From NCBI GenBank assembly GCA_043760135.1, contig JAYUPL010000007.1:106-64105 (forward strand): a stretch of DNA of 64,000 nucleotides, read 5' to 3'. Positions 45,002 through 55,247 of the stretch are shown in pieces. The DNA is from Candidatus Parcubacteria bacterium (GTDB lineage Bacteria > Patescibacteriota > Minisyncoccia > Phycocordibacterales > CAIZLB01). The translations under genes were made by a program, and so were the position numbers. Position 1 is the first letter of the stretch. Each line of letters starts with the position of its first letter. The notes under the pieces were generated by a model. It searched no databases, was not told where the DNA came from, and saw nothing but the letters and a program-made list of their open reading frames with translations.

Positions 45002-45400
45002 ATGAATAACAAAAACTATGATGAATGGAATATATTAAAGAAAAGAATAAATAAATTATATAAAACCAAACATCCAAAAATAAGAGAAGTTTGGTGGGTA
45101 AATATCGGTTTGAATATAGGCTCTGAAATATATGGAAAGGGTTCAAAATATTTAAGACCTGTATTGGTGTTAAAGGTAAATGATGAAAGTTTTTTAGGTA
45201 TACCATTATCATCAAAATTAAGGAAAAGCAAACAAAGATTCATTTTGAAAACAAATGATCAGAAGCTTCATTCCTTGGTTTTTAATCAAATTAAGATTTT
45301 GGACAACAGGAGATTGTTGAGTAAGAAGTATATTATTTCAAAAAATAAATTTAGGAAAATAATCCGTAAATTTAAAAATACGATAACCGTCAATGGTTAG
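45002..45400 (+). CDS. PemK/MazF-family endoribonuclease, no protein antitoxin
   Basis: REVWWVNIGLNIGSEIYGKG..RPVLVLK..IPLSS..QIKILDNRRL. Confidence 0.88.
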   Translation: MNNKNYDEWNILKKRINKLYKTKHPKIREVWWVNIGLNIGSEIYGKGSKYLRPVLVLKVNDESFLGIPLSSKLRKSKQRFILKTNDQKLHSLVFNQIKILDNRRLLSKKYIISKNKFRKIIRKFKNTITVNG

Positions 45401-45448
45401 TTGACGGTTATCCGGCCCGAAGGCTGAGGAGCATAAGCTCAACTCGTA
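45374..45448 (-). ncRNA. convergent sRNA antisense to PemK 3' end
   Basis: TTGACA 45481-45476, TACAAT 45459-45454; two small hairpins (one UUCG); terminator 45412-45382. Confidence 0.6.
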
Positions 45449-45502
45449 CCTTCATTGTATCAAATTATCTTTTGCTGTCAAATTTGGTATAATACTCATC
45501 AT

Positions 45503-46426
45503 ATGTCAGAACACACATCCTTATATAGAAAATATCGCCCCTCTAATTTCTCTGAAGTTCTAGGTCAAGATCATATTATTTCTGTATTACAAAAAGCTAT
45601 TGAAAGTAAAAATCCAAACCATGCCTACATCTTTACTGGTTCAAGAGGTATTGGAAAAACTTCTATTGCTCGTATCTTTGCTCGAGAGTTAGGGGTTAAT
45701 GAAGCTGATATTTATGAGATTGATTCAGCATCGTATACTGGAGTTGATAATATTAGAGAGCTTATCGAAAGTGCCACGGTACTTCCGATGCAATCACCAT
45801 ACAAAGTGTACATACTCGATGAGGTTCACATGCTTTCGAAGAATGCTTTTAATGCATTTCTTAAGGGATTGGAAGAGCCACCAAAGCATGTGATTTATAT
45901 ATTGGCGACAACAGAATTAAATAAATTATTAGATACAATTATTTCTCGCTGCGAAGTTCATAATTTTAAAAAGCCGAGTATCGAGATACTGTCTCAAGTT
46001 GTTTCGGACGTTGTCAAGAAAGAAGGGTTATCTATAGATGATGAATCGACAAAATTGATAGCCATGAGCGGGGATGAATCTTTTAGAGATACATTGTCTG
46101 TTTTGCAAAAAGTTATCGCATCTATTGGAAGTAAGAAAATAGAGAACATAGAACATATTTTAAATATTCCGGATATATCTTTGATCGAAGAGATTATAGA
46201 AAAGAATATAAAAGGGGAGGCAGTGTTTGAAAATATTGATAAACTAAAACAAAATAATGCTGATGGAAAAATCGTGTATGATTTGTTTATGGATAGATTA
46301 CGATCAAAATTGAGAGAGGGAAAAGATAAAGAAAAAGTTCTGAGCTTGTTTACTAAGGCATTGGAAAATTATCGACATGTAAGGTTTGTGGATGCGTTTT
46401 TGGTGTTGGAGGTGGTGTGTGGATAA
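45503..46426 (+). CDS. dnaX: DNA polymerase III gamma/tau (short)
   Basis: LYRKYRP, GSRGIGKTS, DEVHML, SRC. Confidence 0.93.
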   Translation: MSEHTSLYRKYRPSNFSEVLGQDHIISVLQKAIESKNPNHAYIFTGSRGIGKTSIARIFARELGVNEADIYEIDSASYTGVDNIRELIESATVLPMQSPYKVYILDEVHMLSKNAFNAFLKGLEEPPKHVIYILATTELNKLLDTIISRCEVHNFKKPSIEILSQVVSDVVKKEGLSIDDESTKLIAMSGDESFRDTLSVLQKVIASIGSKKIENIEHILNIPDISLIEEIIEKNIKGEAVFENIDKLKQNNADGKIVYDLFMDRLRSKLREGKDKEKVLSLFTKALENYRHVRFVDAFLVLEVVCG

Positions 46427-46449
46427 AGAAAATATGATATTATTTAAAT

Positions 46450-46704
46450 ATGAAATTTATAGTATATCTTTTTGATGCATGGTTGAACTTTTTGAGTTTA
46501 TTTGCTGGAGATAGTTTAAGTGCATCTCTTATTGTTTCAGGGATAGGGTTTATAACGTTTGCAGCAGTTTTAATAACTATCGTATTAACAATATTAAAAT
46601 TTATTTTTAAATATCTTAAATTGAAAGATAATTATATATCTAAGGTAATTGTGATTCTGGTATTATTATTATTAATATTTTATTGGAATTATTTAACTTG
46701 GTAA
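46450..46704 (+). CDS. small membrane protein
   Basis: hydrophobic 84-aa ORF. Confidence 0.6.
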   Translation: MKFIVYLFDAWLNFLSLFAGDSLSASLIVSGIGFITFAAVLITIVLTILKFIFKYLKLKDNYISKVIVILVLLLLIFYWNYLTW

Positions 46705-46765
46705 ACATAAAGTTAAACGAAAAATAACCACCCGTAAGGATGGATATTTTTATTTTATATATTCT

Positions 46766-48757
46766 CTATGCAAACAATATCACAGGAATAATAATTGGTC
46801 TTTTGGCAGTCTCTCTAAAGATAAACTTACCAAGCGTATCCGTCACAACATCTTTCACGTAATCAAGATTAGGTGCATTTCTTGTATCATACACCGCCTT
46901 CTCGATAGTAGTTCGAACAGTTGTTCTGATCTCTCTAAGCAAGTCTTGTGACTCTCTTAAGTAGACTGACCCTCTTGAGATAATATCAGGAGATTTAATA
47001 AGTCGTCCTGTCATTGGATTCAACATTGCAACAACCACGAAGATTCCGTCTTCAGCCAGAATTTGTCTATCTCGAAGAACAACATCTTGAATATCTCCAA
47101 CTGTAAATCCATCAACGATTACAACATTGTCAGGAGCTTTCACACCAAGCTTCACGAATTTAGTTCCTTTATCTTGGATCTCAAGAATATTACAGTCATC
47201 AGGAATAATAATATTTTCCTTTGGCATACCAATTTGCATTGCAAGATCAGCATGAAGTTTTACGTGATAATGGTGACCATGCATCGGCATAAAGAATTTA
47301 GGATTCAATTTCTTATGTAACCACTCGATCTCTCCACGGTTCGCATGTCCTGTTGCGTGAATAAACACATCAGATGATCTGTAGTGAATAATCTTTGCAC
47401 CTGAACGAGCAATATTATCTTTCATTTTTTGTACCGCTTTTTCATTTCCAGGAATGATAGATGATGACAGTAGAACAGTATCTCTATCAGTTATTTGAAC
47501 ATATTTATGCTGCTTTGTAGAAATACGCATCAAGGCTGAGAATTCATCTCCCTGTCCACCAGTGGCTAAGATAACAATCTTATCAGGTGAATAGTTGGCC
47601 ATGTCTGGTGCATTGATCACTGTACTTTTATTTATCTTAAGCATTCCAGCTTGGATCATAATATCAATATTGTTTTTTAGTGAACGTCCTTCAATCACAA
47701 GTTTCTTTCCATTCTTTTCACAGGCTTCAGCGATTTTTGCAATACGGAAGAAGTGAGAGGCGAACATTCCGACAATAAGACGACCCTTTATTTCCTTTAC
47801 AATTTGTACCAAGTTGTCATGTACAATAGATTCAGGAGTAGAGAAGCCAGGGTTTTCAATGTTTGTAGATTCACCTAATAAAAGGAGAACATTTTTTCCA
47901 TCAAATACTTTATAGTTTTCTTCTTCTTCGTCGGTTGGTTTTCCATCAACGTGGTCAAGCTTAAAGTCTCCAGGTGTTGTAATCCATCCGTATGGTGTGT
48001 CAAAGATAATACCCATAGAGTCAGGAATAGAGTGAGTTACTCCGTAAAATTTTACTGATGTTTTTCCGATGATTACAGTTTCATTTCCTTCGATTATTTT
48101 AAAATCTATTGGTGGAACATGAGGAAACTCAGCTTGACGTTTTTTCAACATCAGCGATGTAAGGTTTCGAGTATACACTGGGGGCATACCGATCTTCTCC
48201 ATAATATATGGGATTGCACCGATGTGGTCCAAGTGACCGTGAGTTACGATCATGGCTCGGATTTTATGTTTTCTTTCTTCAAGATATTTTGTGTTTGGTA
48301 AAATATAGTCGATACCAGGTGTAGCTTCTTCTTTGAATTTGAAACCGGCATCGATCACAATAATGTCGTGCTCGTTTTCAAAAACAGTCATGTTCATACC
48401 GATCTCTTCAACTCCACCAAGTGGAATAATACGAAAAGTGTCAGGCGCTACATCAGGAATGTTATGTTTAACCCCGTGCTTGATTTGACTTGCTGAACCG
48501 ATGTTTGGTCGTGTTCGTGGCATGTTAAATCTTTTTGCTCCGGGCTTTTTCATTTTGATACCAGTTAATTCACCACTCGCGTTAGATGAAAAGGTATCAT
48601 TCATATTTAAATTATTGTCCTGTCTTCTCGTGATTGGACCAGGTGCACGTGCTGGCGCAGATGCTCTTGGTGTGACAGGGGTATTTGGTATTGGTAAATT
48701 TTTCTTTAGACCACCGTGATATACCCTTGATGGCGGTCTGTTGTTATTTGGATTCAT
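46766..48757 (-). CDS. rnj: ribonuclease J
   Basis: PLGGVEEIG, THGHLDHIG, HATGH. Confidence 0.95.
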   Translation of the reverse strand: MNPNNNRPPSRVYHGGLKKNLPIPNTPVTPRASAPARAPGPITRRQDNNLNMNDTFSSNASGELTGIKMKKPGAKRFNMPRTRPNIGSASQIKHGVKHNIPDVAPDTFRIIPLGGVEEIGMNMTVFENEHDIIVIDAGFKFKEEATPGIDYILPNTKYLEERKHKIRAMIVTHGHLDHIGAIPYIMEKIGMPPVYTRNLTSLMLKKRQAEFPHVPPIDFKIIEGNETVIIGKTSVKFYGVTHSIPDSMGIIFDTPYGWITTPGDFKLDHVDGKPTDEEEENYKVFDGKNVLLLLGESTNIENPGFSTPESIVHDNLVQIVKEIKGRLIVGMFASHFFRIAKIAEACEKNGKKLVIEGRSLKNNIDIMIQAGMLKINKSTVINAPDMANYSPDKIVILATGGQGDEFSALMRISTKQHKYVQITDRDTVLLSSSIIPGNEKAVQKMKDNIARSGAKIIHYRSSDVFIHATGHANRGEIEWLHKKLNPKFFMPMHGHHYHVKLHADLAMQIGMPKENIIIPDDCNILEIQDKGTKFVKLGVKAPDNVVIVDGFTVGDIQDVVLRDRQILAEDGIFVVVAMLNPMTGRLIKSPDIISRGSVYLRESQDLLREIRTTVRTTIEKAVYDTRNAPNLDYVKDVVTDTLGKFIFRETAKRPIIIPVILFA

Positions 48758-48848
48758 TGTTTTAATTTTTAGTTTAGTTAACCTCGATGCATCTGTAAAG
48801 AGTTACAGTTCAAGGTTTTGTATAATTAGTAACAATTAAACTAAGTTT

Positions 48849-49079
48849 TTATTTCCACAGATCAACGAGTACAGAGGCTACGAATAGTATAGAGATCACT
48901 ATTGTAAAGTAGAAGATGAACTTTTCAGCTCCACGACGTGTGTGCCAATTTGAAGTAGCGCCACCACCGAAAGAACCTCCGGCATCAGACTCTGTTTGTT
49001 GTATCAATACAAGTATTACCATCAATATAGCTAGAAATATCTGTATGTAAGGGAGAATGCTTAGAATAACTGTTAACAT
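48849..49079 (-). CDS. secG: preprotein translocase subunit SecG
   Basis: two TM helices with LIQQ..GGSFGG..RRGAEK. Confidence 0.88.
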   Translation of the reverse strand: MLTVILSILPYIQIFLAILMVILVLIQQTESDAGGSFGGGATSNWHTRRGAEKFIFYFTIVISILFVASVLVDLWK

Positions 49080-49133
49080 GCTTAGAGTATACACTAGTTA
49101 TGTGTGTTTGAAAAGGGCTTATTTATATATGAA

Positions 49134-49970
49134 TTATAGTCTCATTTCCTTCTTCGGAAACATTTGAGACAATATAACCGCTGTGAAAATTATTCCAAAA
49201 AGCACAGCCAAAGATATTGCTGAGCTAATATGAATATGGAAAATTCCAAGCATCATTTTCCCTCCAATAAAAAATAGGATGATTGCCAAAGCCTTCGTAA
49301 TAAGATGAAATTTATGAAGTATATATTCAACAACGAAGAACAATGACCGTAGACCTAAAAGAGCAAAAGCATTTGCAGTAAAGATCACAAATCTATTTTG
49401 ACTAATAGCAAACGAAGCGGGGATAGAATCAACGGCAAAAATAATATCAGAAAATTCTATCATCAAGAGACATAGGAAGAGATTGGTGATGTGAAATTTC
49501 TTGTTAATCGTAATAAAAAACTTCTTGCCATGATGTCCATCAGCAATTGGTAAAACTTTGTTTAAAAATTTTAGTATTTTATTTGTATCTAAATTTTTAT
49601 CTTTCTCATTTTTCTCTTTTAATATTTGAATACCAGTGTAAATAAGAAGTGCACCAAAAAGATACAATACCCATTCAAATCTTTGTACGATTTCAAATCC
49701 TAACCCTATAAAAATGGCACGAAATACAAATGCCCCCATAATTCCTAAAAATAATACTCGATGCTGATATTTTTCCTCAACTTTAAAATAAGAGAATATT
49801 AAAAGCATGATAAAGAGGTTATCAATAGAGAGCATGTATTCAGTTATATACACAGAGAACCATTGAAACCCAATCTCGGCACCGCGAGTAAAGTAGACAT
49901 AGATACCAAAAGCAACAGCGGTCATCACCCACATTAAGGTCAGTAAAATAGATTTTTTTATTTTGTTCAT
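49134..49970 (-). CDS. TerC/Alx-family membrane protein
   Basis: LSIDNLF, DIIFAVDSIPA, GLRSLFF. Confidence 0.92.
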   Translation of the reverse strand: MNKIKKSILLTLMWVMTAVAFGIYVYFTRGAEIGFQWFSVYITEYMLSIDNLFIMLLIFSYFKVEEKYQHRVLFLGIMGAFVFRAIFIGLGFEIVQRFEWVLYLFGALLIYTGIQILKEKNEKDKNLDTNKILKFLNKVLPIADGHHGKKFFITINKKFHITNLFLCLLMIEFSDIIFAVDSIPASFAISQNRFVIFTANAFALLGLRSLFFVVEYILHKFHLITKALAIILFFIGGKMMLGIFHIHISSAISLAVLFGIIFTAVILSQMFPKKEMRL

Positions 49971-50032
49971 TGGTATATTAAAACATGTTTGAAGTGGATT
50001 TGACAAACTTTAACAACTTGCTAAAATAAATA

Positions 50033-50196
50033 TGTAATCTGAAGGACAGAAAATTAACAATCGGCTTGCTGCGGACTTCGCTGAAAATGCTTAGTACTTA
50101 TGGATGAAATGTTCTCATTTTTAATAAATGATCCCTGCCGTCATCCCAGACTACAATTAAAAACACCACCGGTTATCCGGTGGTGTTTTTAATTTT
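50033..50196 (+). ncRNA. convergent structured sRNA antisense to 3' end of 50173..50585
   Basis: TTGACA 50000-50005, 16 bp, TAAAAT 50022-50027; tgtaatctg/cagactaca closing stem; terminator 50155-50194. Confidence 0.6.
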
Positions 50197-50585
50197 CTTA
50201 TAATGCATTGTCACTATTTCAAGATGATCTTCGGTATGTTCGAGCACTATTCTGATTATCGGTATGGATCTTATGCTTTCAGAAAAATCTTTTGAAAAAT
50301 AAAGCCTATTACTATTTGTTTCCAACGAATTATAATTACTTAGAACATTTTCAATGTTGTCGATAATTAAATAAAGCCTTCCTAAAATATATTCATTTTC
50401 AGATCCAACTAATTCTCCAGACCTGCTCTCAACAAAATGCTTCAAGGCCCTCTTGGAAATATATACATCTTTGTCCTCCAGTCCGCATACAAACACCAAT
50501 CCCAAAAAATCTGCAATTAATTCACCTTTTTTAGATGGAAATATTCGTTAACTAGTTTTTTAATTGTAATTATATTTGTGTTAAT
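50173..50585 (-). pseudogene. putative BECR-like nuclease, likely disrupted (ATT at start position, A6 frameshift at about 50530)
   Basis: VYISKRALKHFVESR...LEIVTMH; intact part 50173..50505. Confidence 0.55.
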
Positions 50586-50591
50586 TCTTCA

Positions 50592-50661
50592 ATTTTACAA
50601 AACCACCCATAAACTCCCCATAAAGAAAAACCGAAGATTTCCACAAGAAAAGATGAAGAAA
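50592..50661 (-). promoter_or_regulatory. 11-bp phased repeat array (five units) plus -10 (TAAAAT)
   Basis: cores at 50658, 50647, 50636, 50625, 50614; -10 at 50597-50592. Confidence 0.7.
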
Positions 50662-50716
50662 GGTAAAACCAGCCTCAAATTTTGCATTTTCTCAAAAAAT
50701 ATGTCAAAATGGTGCG

Positions 50717-52534
50717 ATGACTAATGAAAACTCAAATGATATAAGAAATATAGCGATTATTGCCCATGTGGACCACGGTAAAACAACTCTTGTTGATGCC
50801 ATGCTGCACTATACTGGTGCCATCAAAGCTGATGCGGGGTCTATGGACTCGAACTCTATCGAACAAGAAAGAGGTATTACTATTTATGCGAAAAATGCAT
50901 CTTTGACTTATAAAGGTCACAAGATCAATATTGTGGACACACCAGGTCATGCCGACTTCGGATCAGAGGTAGAGCGCGTACTTAGATCTATCGATACAGT
51001 GCTTTTGTTGGTTGATGCTCAAGAAGGTCCTATGCCTCAAACAAGATTCGTTCTTAAGAAATCTTTAGAGCTTGGATTAAACCCAATCATTATTATGAAC
51101 AAGTTGGATAAGCCTGCAGCTGATCCTCATAAAGTTCATGATGAGATTCTAGAATTGTTCATCGAACTTGGAGCACATGATTCACAACTAGATTTCCCAG
51201 TAGTATATGCGATTGGACGGGATGCAGTTGCTAAAAAAGAGTTGACAGACGAATTTGTCAATCTTGACCCGCTATTTGACATGATCATTTCTCATATTGC
51301 ACCAGCCAAGCCATCTCGTGAAGATGATGTATTTGTTGCTCAACCTTTCAACCTTGCCTACGACAACTTCCTAGGACGTATGGCACTTTGTCGTGTATGG
51401 AATGGATCAATGGAAATAAATAAGACTGTACACATATTGAATGCTGATAAAGCTCCACGAACAGGAAAGATTATTAAAATCTATTCATTCATAGGTCAAT
51501 CAAAAGTTGAAGTAGAAAAAGCTTCTGTTGGAGATATTGTTATGGTTGCTGGTTTAACTGATATCTATATCGGAGAAACTATTACTTCAGATCCAACTAT
51601 CGAACCTTTGAAAACTATCGGTATCGATGAACCGACTATTGCGCTTAACTTTTTGGTTAACAACTCACCATTTGCCGGAAAAGATGGAAAATATGTTACA
51701 TCAAGACAAATCAGAGATAGACTAGAAAAAGAACTTGAAGTAAATGTTGGACTTAAGGTTGATTTTGATAATGCAACGGGAGACACATTTAAAGTATATG
51801 GTCGTGGAGAATTGCACATCGCTGTTCTTCTAGAGCAAATGCGAAGAGAAGGTTTTGAAGTTCAAGTTTCAAATCCAGAGGTTATTACAAAAATGGTAGA
51901 TAATAGATTGAATGAGCCTTTTGAAGAAGTTGTAATCGACGTTCCTCAAGAATTCTCAGGTGCTGTTATTGAAAAACTTGGAAAAAGAAAAGGTATCATG
52001 ACTCAAATGTCAGAAAGAAATGGTATCTCAAGACTTGTATTTGAAATGCCAACAAGAGGTCTACTTGGTTACCGAGGTCAATTTACTATTGATACAAAAG
52101 GTGAAGGTATTCTATCATCACGTTTTATTGAGTTCAGACAGCACGTAGGTGTTATAGAGAAAAGAGAAGTTGGTTCTATGGTTTCTATGGAAAATGGAAA
52201 GGCACTTACGTTCGCTCTTGGAAACTTACAAACCCGTGGAGTATTATATATCATTGCTCAAACAGAAGTGTATGCTGGTATGGTTGTTGGTAACACATCG
52301 AAAGGAGAGGAGATGGAAGTTAACCCAACAAAAGCTAAACAGCTTACAAACATGCGTGCCTCAGGAACTGATGATGCTATCTTACTTGTTCCACCATATA
52401 CAATTACGATTGAAAGAGGATTGGAAATTATGCAAGATGATGAATATCTTGAAATCACTCCGAACAACGTAAGACTGCGAAAGAAATATTTGACAAAGAC
52501 TGATAGAGAGATGGCGAAGAAGAAGGCACAATAA
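50717..52534 (+). CDS. typA: GTPase TypA/BipA
   Basis: AHVDHGKTT, GRGELH, PTRGLLG, LEITPNNVRLRK. Confidence 0.97.
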   Translation: MTNENSNDIRNIAIIAHVDHGKTTLVDAMLHYTGAIKADAGSMDSNSIEQERGITIYAKNASLTYKGHKINIVDTPGHADFGSEVERVLRSIDTVLLLVDAQEGPMPQTRFVLKKSLELGLNPIIIMNKLDKPAADPHKVHDEILELFIELGAHDSQLDFPVVYAIGRDAVAKKELTDEFVNLDPLFDMIISHIAPAKPSREDDVFVAQPFNLAYDNFLGRMALCRVWNGSMEINKTVHILNADKAPRTGKIIKIYSFIGQSKVEVEKASVGDIVMVAGLTDIYIGETITSDPTIEPLKTIGIDEPTIALNFLVNNSPFAGKDGKYVTSRQIRDRLEKELEVNVGLKVDFDNATGDTFKVYGRGELHIAVLLEQMRREGFEVQVSNPEVITKMVDNRLNEPFEEVVIDVPQEFSGAVIEKLGKRKGIMTQMSERNGISRLVFEMPTRGLLGYRGQFTIDTKGEGILSSRFIEFRQHVGVIEKREVGSMVSMENGKALTFALGNLQTRGVLYIIAQTEVYAGMVVGNTSKGEEMEVNPTKAKQLTNMRASGTDDAILLVPPYTITIERGLEIMQDDEYLEITPNNVRLRKKYLTKTDREMAKKKAQ

Positions 52535-52725
52535 TTAATTTTATGTATTTGCTCCGTTTCAGTCCTCGGTCCTTTGCTTAGAGCAAAAGACCTGCGAAGA
52601 AACTCACTCATACATAAAATTAATAGTAAATGAAAAGCGTTCAGTGGTGGACGCTTTTTTGTTGTGTTGACTTGCAAGGTTCGTTATGGTTTAATATATT
52701 CGTCAAACATTCAACATACACCATC

Positions 52726-53211
52726 ATGAAAATAATTGAACTTCCATGTCTCTATGAAGGCTTTCCTCTTTCTCTCGCTTGGTATGGCTACTCAACCATT
52801 GTAGAAACATACTCATTTCGGATATTCACTTTGAATAAGGAATATCTATCGTCGATCATTGTCGATTGGGACATTATTTCGATAATGGATATGATCTGCT
52901 CAGACTTTCCAGAGTATGCCGCTATTGAGCGTGCTGCGGCAGACGGACCTGTTGTTGAGTTGGCGGAGGCAAGACTTAAAACCAATAGGATTGCTATGGA
53001 TCAAATCCCTTTCGTTATTGAGGCTACCTTCTTTAAAACTGGCCACATTATGTCTCGTCAGTATATAAATGCAGGGGAAGAAACCCTGGGATACAGAGTT
53101 GTCTTTAGGTTTGCAGAGTCATTGCAAGCACCGGTTTCAGAGGATAACCCTCCGTTGTTTAATCCGCGGACTGATAGACTTTTTATACTCAGCAATAAAT
53201 TTATTGTATAG
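52726..53211 (+). CDS. hypothetical protein (stand-alone cassette)
   Basis: TTGACT..TTTAAT promoter; terminator at about 53228-53262. Confidence 0.6.
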   Translation: MKIIELPCLYEGFPLSLAWYGYSTIVETYSFRIFTLNKEYLSSIIVDWDIISIMDMICSDFPEYAAIERAAADGPVVELAEARLKTNRIAMDQIPFVIEATFFKTGHIMSRQYINAGEETLGYRVVFRFAESLQAPVSEDNPPLFNPRTDRLFILSNKFIV

Positions 53212-53615
53212 GTTTAATAATCCAACCCACGCGGTATCCTTCACAGGACCCGCGTGATTTTATTTATCATAATTTCAGTATTTCTTAATAATTTCAATAT
53301 CTACCTAGATAACATATAAAGAAAAAAGGTCGTCATCCTAACGGTCGACGCCTTTTTTCAAACTAGCCTTAGTTATTATAATATCAAAAAAATATTTTAT
53401 GTTAAATCTGCTAAAACATAAAATAAAAATACTCAACTAAGAGTATCTTTATCCATGCGACCGGCGCCAGCTTGTGAAGATGAGGATTGTTTAAATCCGG
53501 CGGTCTAACGGACCTTTTTCTCTTCAGCTTGTTACGCTATATATTATACTTGTGGAGAAAGGTAAGTCAAATACCATTCATAAACCCTCAAAACTGTGTT
53601 ATACTGCAAATAATT

Positions 53616-55247
53616 ATGCAAAAAACAAGCAACATCCTCACAAAATTAAAAGCTGCTCCCACCTACGTCTGGACCAATAAAAAGAAAAAAAGAGTGTGGA
53701 TTCCAGCTACGCTTATCGTCATTGCTTTGACTTTCAGTCTTTTTGGGGGAAATAAGTCAGCAGACGTGTCAACATATAAAGTCGAGGCTAAAGAATTTGT
53801 ACAAAATGTATCACTCACTGGAAAGGTGATAGCGGCTAAAAATGTAGACATGGGGTTTGAGACTTCGGGTCGTATCAACAGGGTAAATTTTAAAGTTGGC
53901 GACCGCGTTAAAAAAGGACAAGTCATCGCATCACTTCAAAATGGCGATGCGGTTTCTAACCTTCAAAAGAGTTATGCATCTGTATCAGCTCAGAGTGCAC
54001 GACTTCAAGATACTCAAAATGGTTCACGTCCTGAAGAAATTGCTATTGCAGAAGGTGATCTGACTGGTGCACAAAATGATCTTGATTTGTCTAAACAAGT
54101 TCTTGAAGCTGAGTTGCAAAACATTTACAATAAGGCTGATGAAGCTATTCGTTTTAAAATAGATAACACATTTACTAATCCACGCAGTGTAAATCCACAA
54201 TTTAACTATTCTATAGATCAAAACGCAAATTTAAAGCAAAAGTTATCAGAGGATAGATTGAAACTAACTGAGACTTTTGTAAAATGGAATGGTAAATTTA
54301 ATATCAGCAATATTGAAGAAGTAAAAGTATACATCATTCAAGTTCAGAATTTTATAAATGATGTTAATACTGCGATGTCTATAGTTGCCGAAAAATCAGT
54401 TTCAACCGATGCAAATTATGCAACTGTTCAATCAAACAAAGTCGATGTATCACTTGCTCGTACCAATTTTTCAACTGCCAACAATAGCTTCAACCAAGCG
54501 CAAATTGCATATAAAAACAGTCAAAATCTTTTGACTCGAGCACAAAATAACTTGAAATTAAAAATGTCTGGTGGAACAGCAACTCAGATCGGTATCCAAC
54601 GGGCTGATCTGCAAAGTGCAAATGCCGGTGTAAATAACGCTCGCGCAATTATAGCCAAAACTCTCATAACGGCACCATTTGATGGAGTGATAACTAAAGT
54701 TGATGTGAAGGAAGGGGAAATATCTTCACCAAATACACCAGTTATTAGTTTGCTTAATGACGGAGAATATCAAATAGAAACATTCGTTTCGGAAAATGAT
54801 ATTGCAAAACTAAAAGTAGATCAGACAACAAAAATATCATTAGATGCGTACGGCCGCGACGTATTTTTTAACGGTTTGATTATTTCTATCGACCCAGCTG
54901 AAACAATAAAAGATGGAGTTTCAACATATAGAACTAAAATACAATTTATCAATAAAGATGAACGTGTTAAAAGTGGTATGACTGCAAACATTGATATTGA
55001 AACTGATCGAAGACCAAATATTATTTCTATCCCTCAAGCAGCAGTGATTCTTTTGAAGGGAATAAAGAAAGTGTATGTACTCACAGATACTTCATGTGTG
55101 TTGGATAATTCATGTGCTACCAATTTCAAAAAAATGAAAGATGTACAAGTTGTTGAAATAAAAACAGGAGAAATAAATAATAATGGCGATATAGAAATAA
55201 TTTCAGGATTAGAAAATAATCAAACAATTATTTATGGAAAGAAATAA
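53616..55247 (+). CDS. efflux periplasmic adaptor (HlyD/MacA-like)
   Basis: GRINRVNFKVGDRVKKGQ, ITAPFDGVIT, GMTANIDI. Confidence 0.9.
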   Translation: MQKTSNILTKLKAAPTYVWTNKKKKRVWIPATLIVIALTFSLFGGNKSADVSTYKVEAKEFVQNVSLTGKVIAAKNVDMGFETSGRINRVNFKVGDRVKKGQVIASLQNGDAVSNLQKSYASVSAQSARLQDTQNGSRPEEIAIAEGDLTGAQNDLDLSKQVLEAELQNIYNKADEAIRFKIDNTFTNPRSVNPQFNYSIDQNANLKQKLSEDRLKLTETFVKWNGKFNISNIEEVKVYIIQVQNFINDVNTAMSIVAEKSVSTDANYATVQSNKVDVSLARTNFSTANNSFNQAQIAYKNSQNLLTRAQNNLKLKMSGGTATQIGIQRADLQSANAGVNNARAIIAKTLITAPFDGVITKVDVKEGEISSPNTPVISLLNDGEYQIETFVSENDIAKLKVDQTTKISLDAYGRDVFFNGLIISIDPAETIKDGVSTYRTKIQFINKDERVKSGMTANIDIETDRRPNIISIPQAAVILLKGIKKVYVLTDTSCVLDNSCATNFKKMKDVQVVEIKTGEINNNGDIEIISGLENNQTIIYGKK

